From contig JBGAHS010000004.1 in assembly GCA_044226015.1 (NCBI GenBank), positions 32,001 through 96,000 on the forward strand: 64,000 bases of DNA. Reading direction: 5' to 3'. Position numbers and translations under genes: made by a program. Within the stretch, counting starts at the first letter, position 1; each line of letters starts with the position of its first letter. Under the pieces are notes generated by a model. It did no database searches, was not told the DNA's origin, and saw only the letters and a program-made list of their open reading frames with translations. Positions 1 through 9,842 of the stretch are shown here, one piece after another. The stretch is from Candidatus Obscuribacteraceae bacterium. Lineage in GTDB: Bacteria; Cyanobacteriota; Vampirovibrionia; Obscuribacterales; Obscuribacteraceae.

Positions 1-136
1 GCAAAGACTGATCTCTGAAAGCCTCTGTTTGCAGTGCATAACAGATTTCCATCTGCAGAGAAATGAAAGCTCGTGTCTTAGCTGACAATCATTCTCATTA
101 TCTCAATACAAGGCAAACATTGTGTATATAAAGGAC

Positions 137-412
137 TTATCCTTTAACGGCAGTCATTACAACCGGTTGGCGACCCTTTTGAACGTAGGCGCGAACCAAA
201 TTTTTCACTTCGCAATTGCTGTTCGATAAATCAACAATGTACGGGAGAACCTCTGGATTGAACTCCACCTTGTCGTAAGGGGTGCCTGATTCATCAACGA
301 ACTTGCCGCGGATCTCATAGTCGTTTTCGCACAGATGTTTCACCGTGGGGTTCACGAAATATCCAATCGTTTGACCCAACCCAGTACTTACTCTTGCTTT
401 GACTTCACTCAT
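137..412 (-). CDS. hypothetical protein (91 aa)
   Basis: ATG start, globular-looking composition, divergent from the ferredoxin gene; no family recognised. Confidence 0.65.
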   Translation of the reverse strand: MSEVKARVSTGLGQTIGYFVNPTVKHLCENDYEIRGKFVDESGTPYDKVEFNPEVLPYIVDLSNSNCEVKNLVRAYVQKGRQPVVMTAVKG

Positions 413-612
413 GGTCTACATCATCCTTTTTGCAAATGGAAAGTATTCTTTCTCAATACCCATACGAAATTATCTCAGCATCCAAATTTCCGTCATTTGA
501 TTCAAGAAATGTGTTAAGAAATAGGAGGTGCAAACCGGTCGTGAGGAAGTCTCACGATAGTGGTAAAAGACCTATACATCGTTACCAAACGAGAAAGAAA
601 AGGAGACGGTAA

Positions 613-837
613 ATGGCCTACACAATCGTTGCGGATGTTTGCGAAGGCATCGCAGATTGTATTCCAGTTTGTCCAGTTGAATGTATCCACTGGGCAGAAG
701 GGAAGACAAACGTTAAGGGCACCAAGTACACCTACATCGATGATTCAACATGCATTGACTGTGGTGCTTGCTTGTCAGTATGCCCTATCGAAGGCGCCAT
801 TCTTGACGAGTGGAAGCCAGAGCTGCAAAAGCCCTAG
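613..837 (+). CDS. dicluster ferredoxin, probably [3Fe-4S][4Fe-4S], cyanobacterial type
   Basis: CEGIADCIPVCP and CIDCGACLSVCP motifs; SD AAGGAG upstream. Confidence 0.92.
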   Translation: MAYTIVADVCEGIADCIPVCPVECIHWAEGKTNVKGTKYTYIDDSTCIDCGACLSVCPIEGAILDEWKPELQKP

Positions 838-859
838 CCATTATAAGTCCCTATCGAAG

Positions 860-892
860 ATGGTGCCATCACATGTGGTGGCACCATTTTTC
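860..892 (+). terminator. intrinsic terminator after ferredoxin
   Basis: ATGGTGCCA...TGGCACCAT stem followed by a T-run. Confidence 0.75.
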
Positions 893-988
893 ATTGGGAT
901 TTTAGCGCTTTTCCAGTAGTCGGCGGAATTTGCTTGTGCTTTTCATCTCAGGCAAGCTGAGCACAATATCCGTGAGCGCGCCGAAGAG

Positions 989-1702
989 CTACCCGATGGC
1001 AACTTTCCAGAATTGGTCGGCTTGAACTCTGATCTGTTCCATTCTCTTTTGAAGTTCGGCCTGCAGTTGTGTCATCTCCTCATCACTGGCACCTTTTGGC
1101 ACCCGCATGGGTTCACCGTATATGTATACGATAGGTGTTGACCACCATGGCGCCATAAAACGATCCCATGACTTCATCCACCATGTACTGCGCGCACTGC
1201 AGACAAACGGAACTATGGGTGCCTGGGTCATTTCTGCCATACGAATGACTCCAGGTTTTACTTCAAAGATAGGTCCACGCGGACCGTCTACCATGAAAAC
1301 CAGGTCCTGATTGTTCTTTACAGCATCCATTAGCTCAAGCCCGCCCTTGACGGCTCCCTGCTTCGATGAACCTCTGGCTATGCTGAAGCCCAGGCGAATG
1401 CCAGCACGAGCGATCATTTCGCCGTCACGGCTCGGACTCATCAAAATTGTTAAGCGCCGTCTTGGATGCAGCCCGAGTGCTCCGACCATGCGTCCGTGAT
1501 AGAAGGACCATATGACCGGCTTGCGGTTTTCGCCCTCTGCAAGTACCTCTTGAGCACCCGGTGCGTAAAATTTGATAATTCGATAACTTCGATCAAAAAA
1601 GCCAGTTCCGTCACTGCAGACGACTTCCAGAAAATTCATCCGAATTGTGTCCAGGATTGGAAAACGGCTGAGCAGCTCTCTGATTTTTATGCGTCGACTC
1701 AT
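989..1702 (-). CDS. lysophospholipid acyltransferase-like protein (DUF374 type)
   Basis: YHGR, SPSRDGEMIA, RGSS and DGPRGP motifs. Confidence 0.88.
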   Translation of the reverse strand: MSRRIKIRELLSRFPILDTIRMNFLEVVCSDGTGFFDRSYRIIKFYAPGAQEVLAEGENRKPVIWSFYHGRMVGALGLHPRRRLTILMSPSRDGEMIARAGIRLGFSIARGSSKQGAVKGGLELMDAVKNNQDLVFMVDGPRGPIFEVKPGVIRMAEMTQAPIVPFVCSARSTWWMKSWDRFMAPWWSTPIVYIYGEPMRVPKGASDEEMTQLQAELQKRMEQIRVQADQFWKVAIG

Positions 1703-1844
1703 TGCTAAATTTCGATCCTGAACACACTTTTATGTTACATGACAATCCCCCATTCATTGCCAGTAGGGGCTATGTAGGGCATGGACATGATATTATTAAC
1801 CACTGCCTAAGAGTAAAACAAGATATCAAAGTGGAATTACAGGA

Positions 1845-2114
1845 ATGTCACTAGAAGCGAACAAGAAGCAAACAGTCATCGAAACACACAAGACACACGA
1901 CAAAGACACCGGTTCGCCGGAAGTTCAAGTCGCGATTTTGACTGAAAGAATCAATCAACTCACAGAACACCTTCGCTCACACTCAAAAGATTTTCACAGC
2001 AGACGCGGACTTTTGATGATGGTTGGAAAGAGAAGAAGACTTCTCCAATATCTGAGCAAGGAAGACCATAGTCGCTACAAAAACCTAATTGACAAGCTGG
2101 GATTGAGACGATAA
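1845..2114 (+). CDS. rpsO: 30S ribosomal protein S15
   Basis: [13 protein letters not shown]...[19 protein letters not shown]; directly upstream of pnp. Confidence 0.99.
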   Translation: MSLEANKKQTVIETHKTHDKDTGSPEVQVAILTERINQLTEHLRSHSKDFHSRRGLLMMVGKRRRLLQYLSKEDHSRYKNLIDKLGLRR

Positions 2115-2122
2115 GTAATTGC

Positions 2123-2155
2123 AGGCGGGCAACCATCCCGCCTTCTTTTCTTTTT
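2123..2155 (+). terminator. terminator between rpsO and pnp
   Basis: AGGCGGG-caaccat-CCCGCCT stem plus long T-rich tail. Confidence 0.7.
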
Positions 2156-2277
2156 GGGGTCAAGAATCCAAGTCCTGTCATCCCAGTCAATTTTTTTCAA
2201 TTCCAGTTTATTTGCAGACCGCCTTGGGGGTCTGTTTTTCAGTATCAGGCTGTTTTTTTTATTAAGGTTCATAGAAG

Positions 2278-4431
2278 ATGTCAATAGAAATGCAAACAAA
2301 GACCCAATCCTTTTCAATAGAGATTGATGGCAAAACAGTAGAATTCACAACCGGAAGAATGGCAAAGCAAGCCAGCGGTGCAGTCGAAGTGAAGTGTGGA
2401 GACACAATGCTTCTCGTCACTTGCACAGCAGGTAAGACACCACGCGACGGTATCGATTACTTCCCACTGCTCGTAGACTTCGAAGAGAAGCTTTATGCAG
2501 TTGGCAGAATCCCGGGAAGTTTCACCCGGCGTGAAGGCAAGATGCCCGACAAAGCGATTCTCGTAAGCCGCTTAATCGACCGTCCGCTCCGCCCTCTTTT
2601 CAACTACAACTACAGAAACGATGTAATGGTAGTTGCAATTTGTATGAGTTCAGACCAGGTCAACCCACCAGACACCCTGGCTATGCTGGGTGCTTCGGTT
2701 GCAGTTGAACTCGCATCACTTCCTTTTAATGGCCCAATCGGTGCAGTAAGAGTGGGTCGCGTTGAAGGCAGATTCATCGCAAACCCAAGCTACGAACAAA
2801 TGGAAGCTTCCGATCTCGACCTCGTCGTTGCAGGCACCGAAAGCTCGATCATGATGGTTGAAGCCGGTTCGCAAATGGTCAGCGAGCGCGACATGCTCGC
2901 TGCTATCGATTATGCTCACAACGCAATCAAGCGTCAGTGCGAAGCTCAGAATGCTTTCATGAAGCAGTTGGGCATCGAGAAGTCCAACTTCGAAGGCGCT
3001 CCAAAGAATGAAGAATTGGACCGCATCATTCGCGAAAACACCACAGAAAAGTTGAAAGCTTCCATGGACGGTGTAACCGATAAAGCTGTCAGAAATGGTT
3101 TTATTGACGAAGCAAAAGCAGCTATTAATGAAGCGATTGCCGCGTTGCCAGAAGACCATCCACTGCGTAATGAAGCAAAATTGCCGATCGCAGCAATGCT
3201 TGAAGAGTACGAAGCAGAGTTGATGCGCGCTCAGGTTCTCGAAACCGGTAAGCGTGCTGACGGTCGTAGATGCGACGAAATTCGTCCGATTACTGTTGAA
3301 GTCGGCGTTGTTCCCCGCGCTCATGGCTCGGGTTTGTTTACACGTGGCACCACTCAGGTTCTCTCAGTTTGCACTTTGGGAACAGCAGGAGATGCGCAGA
3401 AGCTGGATTCAGTCGATCCACAAAAAGAACGTCGCTACCTGCACCACTACAATTTCCCGGGCTGGTCGGTAGGCGAAGTTAAGCCTAATCGTGGACCTGG
3501 CAGAAGAGAAATCGGACACGGCGCACTCGCTGAGCGCGCACTTACAGCGGCTCTTCCAAGCATGGATGAGTTCCCGTATGTAATTCGTGTTGTTTCAGAA
3601 GTACTCGAGTCAAATGGTTCTACTAGCATGGCGTCAACCTGCGGTTCGACCCTCGCTTTGCTCGACGCTGGCGTTCCACTCAAAGCACCAGTGGCAGGCA
3701 TCGCAATGGGCTTGATACTGGAAGGCGACCGCTTCGCGATTCTTTCGGACATTCAAGGTCTGGAAGATTTCCTCGGTGACATGGACTTCAAGGTCACCGG
3801 AACCCGCGATGGTATCACCGCCCTTCAGATGGACATCAAGATTGAAGGTATCTCTCTCGACATCATGAAGGTAGCGCTAGAACAGGCTCGCAAGGGACGC
3901 ATGCACATCCTCGATAAGATGGATGCAGTCATAGACCGTCCAAGAGCTGAGCTCTCCAAATGGGCTCCGAGAATCCTTACGATCCATATTGATCCAGATG
4001 ATATCGGAACCGTCATTGGACCAGGCGGTAAGATGATTCGTAAGATTATCGAAGAGACTGGTGCAACTATTGACATCGAAGATGATGGCACCGTTCGCAT
4101 CGCGTCAGTTGAAGCCGCTGGCGGCGAAGCTGCTCGCGACACAATTATCCGCATGTTGAAGAGAATCACTGTGGGTGAAGTTTATGCCGGACGCGTTACG
4201 CGCATCATTCCAGTCGGAGCTTTCGTTGAAGTTCTGCCAGGAAAAGAAGGCATGGTCCATATTTCGCAACTCGAAAACCGTCGCGTAGAGAAGGTTGAAG
4301 ACGTTGTGTCAGTTGGACAGAGAGTCATTGTAAAGGTCAAAGAAATTGACGACAGAAACAGAGTGAATCTGACGATGAAAGGCGTTAGCGCTGAAGAGCG
4401 GGCCGCTATTGAAGGCGTCAGCAAAAACTAA
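2278..4431 (+). CDS. pnp: polyribonucleotide nucleotidyltransferase
   Basis: Two RNase PH domains (RREIGHG, SNGSTSMAS, DFLGDMDFKVTG), KH (IGPGGK) and S1 domains. Confidence 0.99.
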   Translation: MSIEMQTKTQSFSIEIDGKTVEFTTGRMAKQASGAVEVKCGDTMLLVTCTAGKTPRDGIDYFPLLVDFEEKLYAVGRIPGSFTRREGKMPDKAILVSRLIDRPLRPLFNYNYRNDVMVVAICMSSDQVNPPDTLAMLGASVAVELASLPFNGPIGAVRVGRVEGRFIANPSYEQMEASDLDLVVAGTESSIMMVEAGSQMVSERDMLAAIDYAHNAIKRQCEAQNAFMKQLGIEKSNFEGAPKNEELDRIIRENTTEKLKASMDGVTDKAVRNGFIDEAKAAINEAIAALPEDHPLRNEAKLPIAAMLEEYEAELMRAQVLETGKRADGRRCDEIRPITVEVGVVPRAHGSGLFTRGTTQVLSVCTLGTAGDAQKLDSVDPQKERRYLHHYNFPGWSVGEVKPNRGPGRREIGHGALAERALTAALPSMDEFPYVIRVVSEVLESNGSTSMASTCGSTLALLDAGVPLKAPVAGIAMGLILEGDRFAILSDIQGLEDFLGDMDFKVTGTRDGITALQMDIKIEGISLDIMKVALEQARKGRMHILDKMDAVIDRPRAELSKWAPRILTIHIDPDDIGTVIGPGGKMIRKIIEETGATIDIEDDGTVRIASVEAAGGEAARDTIIRMLKRITVGEVYAGRVTRIIPVGAFVEVLPGKEGMVHISQLENRRVEKVEDVVSVGQRVIVKVKEIDDRNRVNLTMKGVSAEERAAIEGVSKN

Positions 4432-4455
4432 TCGCTCATTGATCTATCAATATTT

Positions 4456-4483
4456 AGAGGGCTCTTTCGAGAGCCCTCTTTTT
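4456..4483 (+). terminator. intrinsic terminator after pnp
   Basis: AGAGGGCTCT-TTCG-AGAGCCCTCT followed by Ts. Confidence 0.9.
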
Positions 4484-4654
4484 CATGCTTACTTAAATGA
4501 TCAGCTGTGCTTCCGCCATGAGAACGAGGGTGCTATCCATTTGGATATCTAAGCGATGAGTGATGGGATCCATCCTCCTCCAGACCAGCACCGGCTCTCC
4601 TTCCCAATGAAACGGGATTCTGCAGAAGAGCTAAAGGAAATGGTCTCGAGAGCA

Positions 4655-4688
4655 GAAATGAAAGAGGGGGAGAACTGCTTCTCCCCCT
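4655..4688 (-). terminator. intrinsic terminator after hup
   Basis: GGGGGAGAA-ctgc-TTCTCCCCC stem; T-rich tail on the minus strand. Confidence 0.75.
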
Positions 4689-4719
4689 GCTACTACTATT
4701 TTTCTTGGCCGACCATTGA

Positions 4720-4998
4720 CTATTTGACGCGGTCTTTGAATTCTTTTCCTGCCTTGAACGCCGGCACTCTTTGTGCGGGGACGTGAATCTTTGGTCCACC
4801 CGGGTTCTGAGGATTGTTGTTTTCTCTTGCCTGTCTGTTTCGTGGTTCAAACGCTCCGAAACCAACCAGTGTAACTCGCTCGCCAGCGGCAACTTTTTCG
4901 ACAATCACTTCGGTGAGCACACCGATCATTTCTTCTACCGACTTCTTTGTATTGTTTGTTCTAGCCGCAATTTCTGCAGCCAAATCTGCTTTGTTCAC
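4720..4998 (-). CDS. hup: HU-family DNA-binding protein
   Basis: (M)NKADL...VTLVGFGAFE...VPAFKAGKEFKDRVK; GTG start at 4998 with SD GGAGGAG. Confidence 0.95.
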   Translation of the reverse strand: MNKADLAAEIAARTNNTKKSVEEMIGVLTEVIVEKVAAGERVTLVGFGAFEPRNRQARENNNPQNPGGPKIHVPAQRVPAFKAGKEFKDRVK

Positions 4999-5378
4999 TG
5001 AGACTCCTCCACTCGGCATACGAGCTAATTCACGTAACCCGCAAGGATACAGCACTCTGGGGCACAGGACAAGCCCAGAACTGATAAATTTCGCCGCTTA
5101 ACAAGCCGCAAATCGGGGTGCTTGCAAAGTGATATTGGGCGGGTTGCTAAGCGGGTCCGGCATAAGTTTCAAAAAAATCTTTGCAAAGATAATTAGCTCG
5201 CATCGACATCTTTGCAACTGGCTCGATGCACCACCCCGTTTGAAAAGTGGCGTTCAAAAGCCCTATTATTTTGGGGGTAGATCGATGATTTTGAACTGCG
5301 TAAAATTACGATATTTTCCCCTTGGATCGTGTGAGATCCCGAATTTTTTTGGGAACAAATACAGAGTAGCGGATTAGA

Positions 5379-5783
5379 GTGAGAGAAACGTTGACAGAGA
5401 CGGCTTCAGCAACAAAGCAGACTGACTCGAGACACGTGTCGTTTACTGCGGCAAATGCTGCAGAATCGAAGAAAGCAACATCTACTCTCGTTCTTGATGT
5501 GCAGACGGTGACACCACTTGCTGATTACTTTGTGATTACAGGCGGACAATCGTCTACCCAGGTCAGAGCTATTGCAGACGCGATAGTTGAAGAGTTGGGA
5601 AAACTCGGACTTCGAGCGAAGTCAATCGAGGGTAAGACAGAGGGTCGTTGGGTTCTACTGGATTTTGAGAACATCATAGTTCACATCCTCCAGGAGGACG
5701 AACGAAACAAATACAAGCTCGAACAATTCTGGAACCACGCCTTAATCGTGGACCGACAAGAATGGTACCGAGAAGCAGACTGA
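5379..5783 (+). CDS. rsfS: ribosome silencing factor
   Basis: LADYFVITGG, QVRAIAD, WVLLDF..IIVHI..Y.LE.FW motifs. Confidence 0.96.
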   Translation: MRETLTETASATKQTDSRHVSFTAANAAESKKATSTLVLDVQTVTPLADYFVITGGQSSTQVRAIADAIVEELGKLGLRAKSIEGKTEGRWVLLDFENIIVHILQEDERNKYKLEQFWNHALIVDRQEWYREAD

Positions 5784-5842
5784 TAGAAACGGCCGACCAA
5801 GGAGACCAAAGGCAGTAATGCCTGTGTCATTAGGGGAACGAT

Positions 5843-6994
5843 ATGAGCTTCAGAACAAGACTTCAAACATTCGTCGAGAATCGCCAAAAGATTCAAATCT
5901 GGTACGGAATGGGATGCCATAACACGGTTACCGGGCGTGTTCTTAACGTTGATCACGACCACATTGACATGGAATCGTATTCCCATGAAAGCGATGGTCA
6001 GATCCACATTCGCCGAATTCTGGTGCCTCTGCATTTGATTCTGCACATCGACATCACAAGTGCCGAAGTTGAAGATTCTGATGAAGACATCACTGTCAGC
6101 TTTGACGCCGAAAAAAATAGTACGCCAGCGCTGGCAGTTGTAGACCTGCCGGAGCCACCCCGTGGATACGCGGTGAGAGTGCTTTCGCAATTGAATGCAT
6201 CATTCTCCAATCGGTTTTCCAGAATGTGTCCAGGACCAGGTGGAATTTACTTCGCTGTTGACGGCAGCGTATGGCATATCGATTCCGCTGGACAGATGAC
6301 TGAATATGCTCGCATTCGCGGCAACACAACAATTTCAGGTCTACGTTTCGACCGCAAGAGCGTTCTTTACGTAGCAACAATTCAGGGAACGGTTTACAAA
6401 ATCGACCCGAACAAGAGTGGCAGAGTTCTCGCCCAGCTCGATGGCAGCTTGACCGGCGGCGGCACTTTCCTCTCAGACCTGGTGCTCACACAGAGTGATG
6501 ACGTGGTTGTATCAAACTTCCCCTCCAACACTGGTGGCATCTTCAAGATTGACCGCGCAGGTGACTACGAAGTCGTGGTCGGCGGAGCAGGTCATGGAAC
6601 TCAGGGGCTACTCATCGACCAGGACGGTCATCTCTGGGGACTAGAGCACTCAACAGGCTCAGTGGTGAAACGAACACTCGAAGGTAGAGAGCTGGCTAGA
6701 GTGCAAGTGGCGGAACCGGAAGCCTTTAACTTCGCGGATGGATTTGATGGCAACCTCGCTATCGACAGCCTCGGACGCATCTATGTGACAGCTGGACGCT
6801 CGGGAATGGTTTATCGCGTCAATCGTGACGGCAAGGTAGATACTTTCCTCAGCGGATTGGTCAACCCGACCGGGGTTACCTTCAGCCAGGACGGAACACT
6901 CTTCGTACTCGAAGCAGGACGTTCCAGAGTACTGCGAATCATCGCCCTCGACAAAGCTGACAGAGCTGCTTCTGAAAAAAGCGCCCTGAGCTAA
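5843..6994 (+). CDS. N-terminal Sm/LSm-like domain fused to an SMP-30/NHL-type beta-propeller
   Basis: Propeller blades (GLRFDRKSVLYVA, GNLAIDSLGRIYVT, GLVNPTGVTFSQDGTLFV); ~70-aa N-domain then acidic linker. Confidence 0.75.
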   Translation: MSFRTRLQTFVENRQKIQIWYGMGCHNTVTGRVLNVDHDHIDMESYSHESDGQIHIRRILVPLHLILHIDITSAEVEDSDEDITVSFDAEKNSTPALAVVDLPEPPRGYAVRVLSQLNASFSNRFSRMCPGPGGIYFAVDGSVWHIDSAGQMTEYARIRGNTTISGLRFDRKSVLYVATIQGTVYKIDPNKSGRVLAQLDGSLTGGGTFLSDLVLTQSDDVVVSNFPSNTGGIFKIDRAGDYEVVVGGAGHGTQGLLIDQDGHLWGLEHSTGSVVKRTLEGRELARVQVAEPEAFNFADGFDGNLAIDSLGRIYVTAGRSGMVYRVNRDGKVDTFLSGLVNPTGVTFSQDGTLFVLEAGRSRVLRIIALDKADRAASEKSALS

Positions 6995-7014
6995 GCGGGC
7001 AAAATGAAATTCGA

Positions 7015-7046
7015 GGGGCGGTGCGAAAGCATCGCCCTTTACTTTT
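7015..7046 (+). terminator. intrinsic terminator
   Basis: GGGCGGTGC-GAAA-GCATCGCCC stem plus T-rich tail. Confidence 0.8.
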
Positions 7047-7295
7047 GATGATGATTTGATTCAGTGAATGAGCTTATCGAATTCTTCTGCAATGCATTTG
7101 GATTCTTTCGCTTTTTGCGAATCTCTCGATTCAACTTTGAGTGAGTCGATCTGGAAATTTGTCGCGCTTTCGCAGTACATTCATTCTAAATCGAATGATG
7201 CCTGCTAATGTCCCGTCTTGTGTGACACGTTTGGCTATAGCCCATCCATGTTCATCAGATGGGTCTGAATTAGGTCAGTCACTGTCTTCTCGTTT

Positions 7296-7745
7296 TCATG
7301 CGGGGTGCTTATCCAGCGCTTCTTTCAATCGGGAGAAAACAACTTTACCCCAGGCATATTCGAAGTACTTACGACCTTCCTGCCAATCCGCACCATCACC
7401 CCAGCCAGCCTGAATAAGCTTGAGCTTGCTACCCGTGCCTCTGGGCAGGAATTTGAGAATTACAATCGTTCTCTGCTCTCTTATTTCAGGCAGGTCTTCG
7501 GGAAAATTCCAGGTGAAACTGAGCATTTTTTCGTGCTCGACTGCCATTACTCTCTGTCCGTCTGCGCCTCGTTTTCCTGGCGGATTGTCTGGAAAGAAGA
7601 AGATTTCGAAGGGACCGTCCGGTTTGATTTCGATCTTGCAGGCGGGTGCAAGGAATGAGCGCAAGCCCTCTTCAGTTGTCCAGGCTTTCCAGACTTCAGG
7701 GACAGACGCATCCAGATCGATTTCCAGCTCTAGTGCTTCCATCAC
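7296..7745 (-). CDS. SRPBCC/Aha1-like domain protein
   Basis: ASVPEVWKAWT..EGL..F, LSFTW, GW motifs. Confidence 0.88.
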   Translation of the reverse strand: MMEALELEIDLDASVPEVWKAWTTEEGLRSFLAPACKIEIKPDGPFEIFFFPDNPPGKRGADGQRVMAVEHEKMLSFTWNFPEDLPEIREQRTIVILKFLPRGTGSKLKLIQAGWGDGADWQEGRKYFEYAWGKVVFSRLKEALDKHPA

Positions 7746-7768
7746 GAACTCCTTTGCCAGGCACGAAA

Positions 7769-9673
7769 CTATTTGGTCGCTGCGAGAACCGATTCCTCTT
7801 TGTAGAGAGATTCAATCAATTCCTTGTATTTGTTTTTGAGCACATTGCGTTTTATCTTGAGTGTAGCCGTCAATTCGCCATTCTCAACAGATAGCTCTTG
7901 CGAAAGGATGGAGAAGTTGCGCACTCGCTCGTAGTCTGCAAGAACTGCACATTTCTTGTTGATTTCGCTCTTAAGATATTTGTTGAACTCAGTATGTCCG
8001 GTGAGTTCAGCGAAGTCTTTGTAGACCCAACCTTTTTCATTTGCAAATTCGCAGCTAGCCTGCTCGTCAAGCGTTAGCAAGGCTACTAGAGTCTTCTTCT
8101 TATCACCGAACACAATAGCTTGCGAAATCAGCGGAATGGTTTTGAGCACGTTTTCGATTTTTTGAGGAGCAATATTTTTTCCGGCGGAGTTAACGATGAT
8201 GTCTTTCTTGCGATCTGTAATTTTCAAATAACCGTCGCTATCAACTTCGCCAATATCACCAGTGCAGAACCATTCGTCGTTGAAGACTTCAGAAGTCATA
8301 TCTTCAGCCTTGTAATAGCCTTTGAATATGCTTGGTCCCTTAAAGCAGATTTCTCCATCTTCAGCGATTTTGATTTCAACGCATTTGATTTTAGGTCCAA
8401 CTGTTCCAAACTTATTTTTGTCCATGCGATTAACATTTGTCGGCGCAGCTGTTTCTGTGAGTCCATAGCCTTCCAAAACTGAGATGCCAACGACGTTGAA
8501 GAATTCAACTACTTCTCTGGTGGCTGGTGCTCCACCGGTGACAATTAGGCGAAGTTTAGGACCAATGCGCTCTCTCAGTTTGCTGAGAACCAGCTTTTCA
8601 GCTAGCCAGTATTTTGCTTTCAACAAGGAACCCACTTTTCTCGAAGAGTTCTTGTGATTTTGAACTTCTTTGCCAACTTCAAGCGCCCATTCGATCATTT
8701 TTCTGGCTCTGCCAGAAGCACCATCGATGCCCGCACGGACTTTGCTGTAAATCTTGTCGAGAATACGTGGGACGACGAGCATGGCAGTCGGCTGCGCTTC
8801 CCCCATGTTCTTTGCCACATGTTCAATGCCTTCGGCATAAGCACATGTGCATCCACTGTATATCCAGTAGTATTCTCCACAAATTCTTTCAAAAACGTGG
8901 GAGAGAGGTAGGAAGGATAAAAACGTGTCTTCACCACCAATTGGCAGTATTTCTGGCAGATCTTCCAGCACGCTGAGTATGTTGTCGTGTGTGAGCATCA
9001 CTCCTTTAGGAGTGCCCGTGGTGCCAGATGTGTAGATGATTGTGGCGAGCTTTTCTCTGCTGTGTTCATTGAGCCTGCTCTCTAACAGCTCTTCTTTCTT
9101 TTCGAGTGCACGTCCTAGCTCGAGGAGATGCTCTACTCCAATGAGCAAATCAGCGTCGACACCTAGCTCTGTAATCGACTTACCTTTTCCAGGTGCCGTC
9201 ATCAGAACGAGTTTCTCTACTTTTGGAATCTTTGCTTTGACAGAGAGTATTCGATTGAGCAATTGCTCGTTGTAAACGAAGACAACTTTCGCTTCGGAGT
9301 TGTTCAGAATGTGTTCAAGGTCCGAACTTGAGCTGGTTGGATATATCGGAACAGACACACCACCTGCGGTGATAATTGACATATCGGCTGCAACCCAGTG
9401 ATGCGAGGTCGGCGCCAGGATGGCGGCAGTTTCGCCTGACTGCAGGCCCAGGGACATGAGTCCATAAGCCATATCTCTGACCAGCATACTGAAGTCTTGC
9501 CAGTTCATATCACGATATGGTGCGCGATTCTCTTTGTAGCGCAACGCCGTTTTACTAGCTGATTGTGCAGCTCGTTCTTGCAGAAGATGGGCTAGAGACT
9601 GTGCCACGAATTGCTCCTTTGACGCTTGATGGTCTGTAGACCGTTCAATTGAAAGCGAATGTTCCAAGTTCAT
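7769..9673 (-). CDS. long-chain fatty acid--CoA/ACP ligase
   Basis: YTSGTTGTPKG, LPLSHVFER, EGYGLTET, TGDIG, LTATLKIKR. Confidence 0.95.
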   Translation of the reverse strand: MNLEHSLSIERSTDHQASKEQFVAQSLAHLLQERAAQSASKTALRYKENRAPYRDMNWQDFSMLVRDMAYGLMSLGLQSGETAAILAPTSHHWVAADMSIITAGGVSVPIYPTSSSSDLEHILNNSEAKVVFVYNEQLLNRILSVKAKIPKVEKLVLMTAPGKGKSITELGVDADLLIGVEHLLELGRALEKKEELLESRLNEHSREKLATIIYTSGTTGTPKGVMLTHDNILSVLEDLPEILPIGGEDTFLSFLPLSHVFERICGEYYWIYSGCTCAYAEGIEHVAKNMGEAQPTAMLVVPRILDKIYSKVRAGIDGASGRARKMIEWALEVGKEVQNHKNSSRKVGSLLKAKYWLAEKLVLSKLRERIGPKLRLIVTGGAPATREVVEFFNVVGISVLEGYGLTETAAPTNVNRMDKNKFGTVGPKIKCVEIKIAEDGEICFKGPSIFKGYYKAEDMTSEVFNDEWFCTGDIGEVDSDGYLKITDRKKDIIVNSAGKNIAPQKIENVLKTIPLISQAIVFGDKKKTLVALLTLDEQASCEFANEKGWVYKDFAELTGHTEFNKYLKSEINKKCAVLADYERVRNFSILSQELSVENGELTATLKIKRNVLKNKYKELIESLYKEESVLAATK

Positions 9674-9842
9674 TATATTCAGTTATCGAGAGGTCTCAAA
9701 TTGTCCCAATCTCATGAACAGTGCCAATAGCTGACAACTTCGAAAGGCTGGTCATTTCAAGCTCGTAAAGAGTTTTTTCATATTGAAACAAAGGCAATAG
9801 AATGTGCTTTTCTTAAGCAAGTTTTCTGAGCGTTCGTTAAGC

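Noticed and set aside
2716..4424. Long antisense ORFs inside pnp (and similar ones inside other genes)
   Set aside because: Shadow frames of well-supported genes on the opposite strand.
4533..4904. ORFs 4556-4786 (+) and 4533-4904 (-)
   Set aside because: They overlap hup and its terminator hairpin and show no recognisable protein features.
5010..5378. hup-rsfS intergenic region as an ncRNA or tRNA
   Set aside because: No cloverleaf or recognisable RNA motif; adequately explained by divergent promoters.
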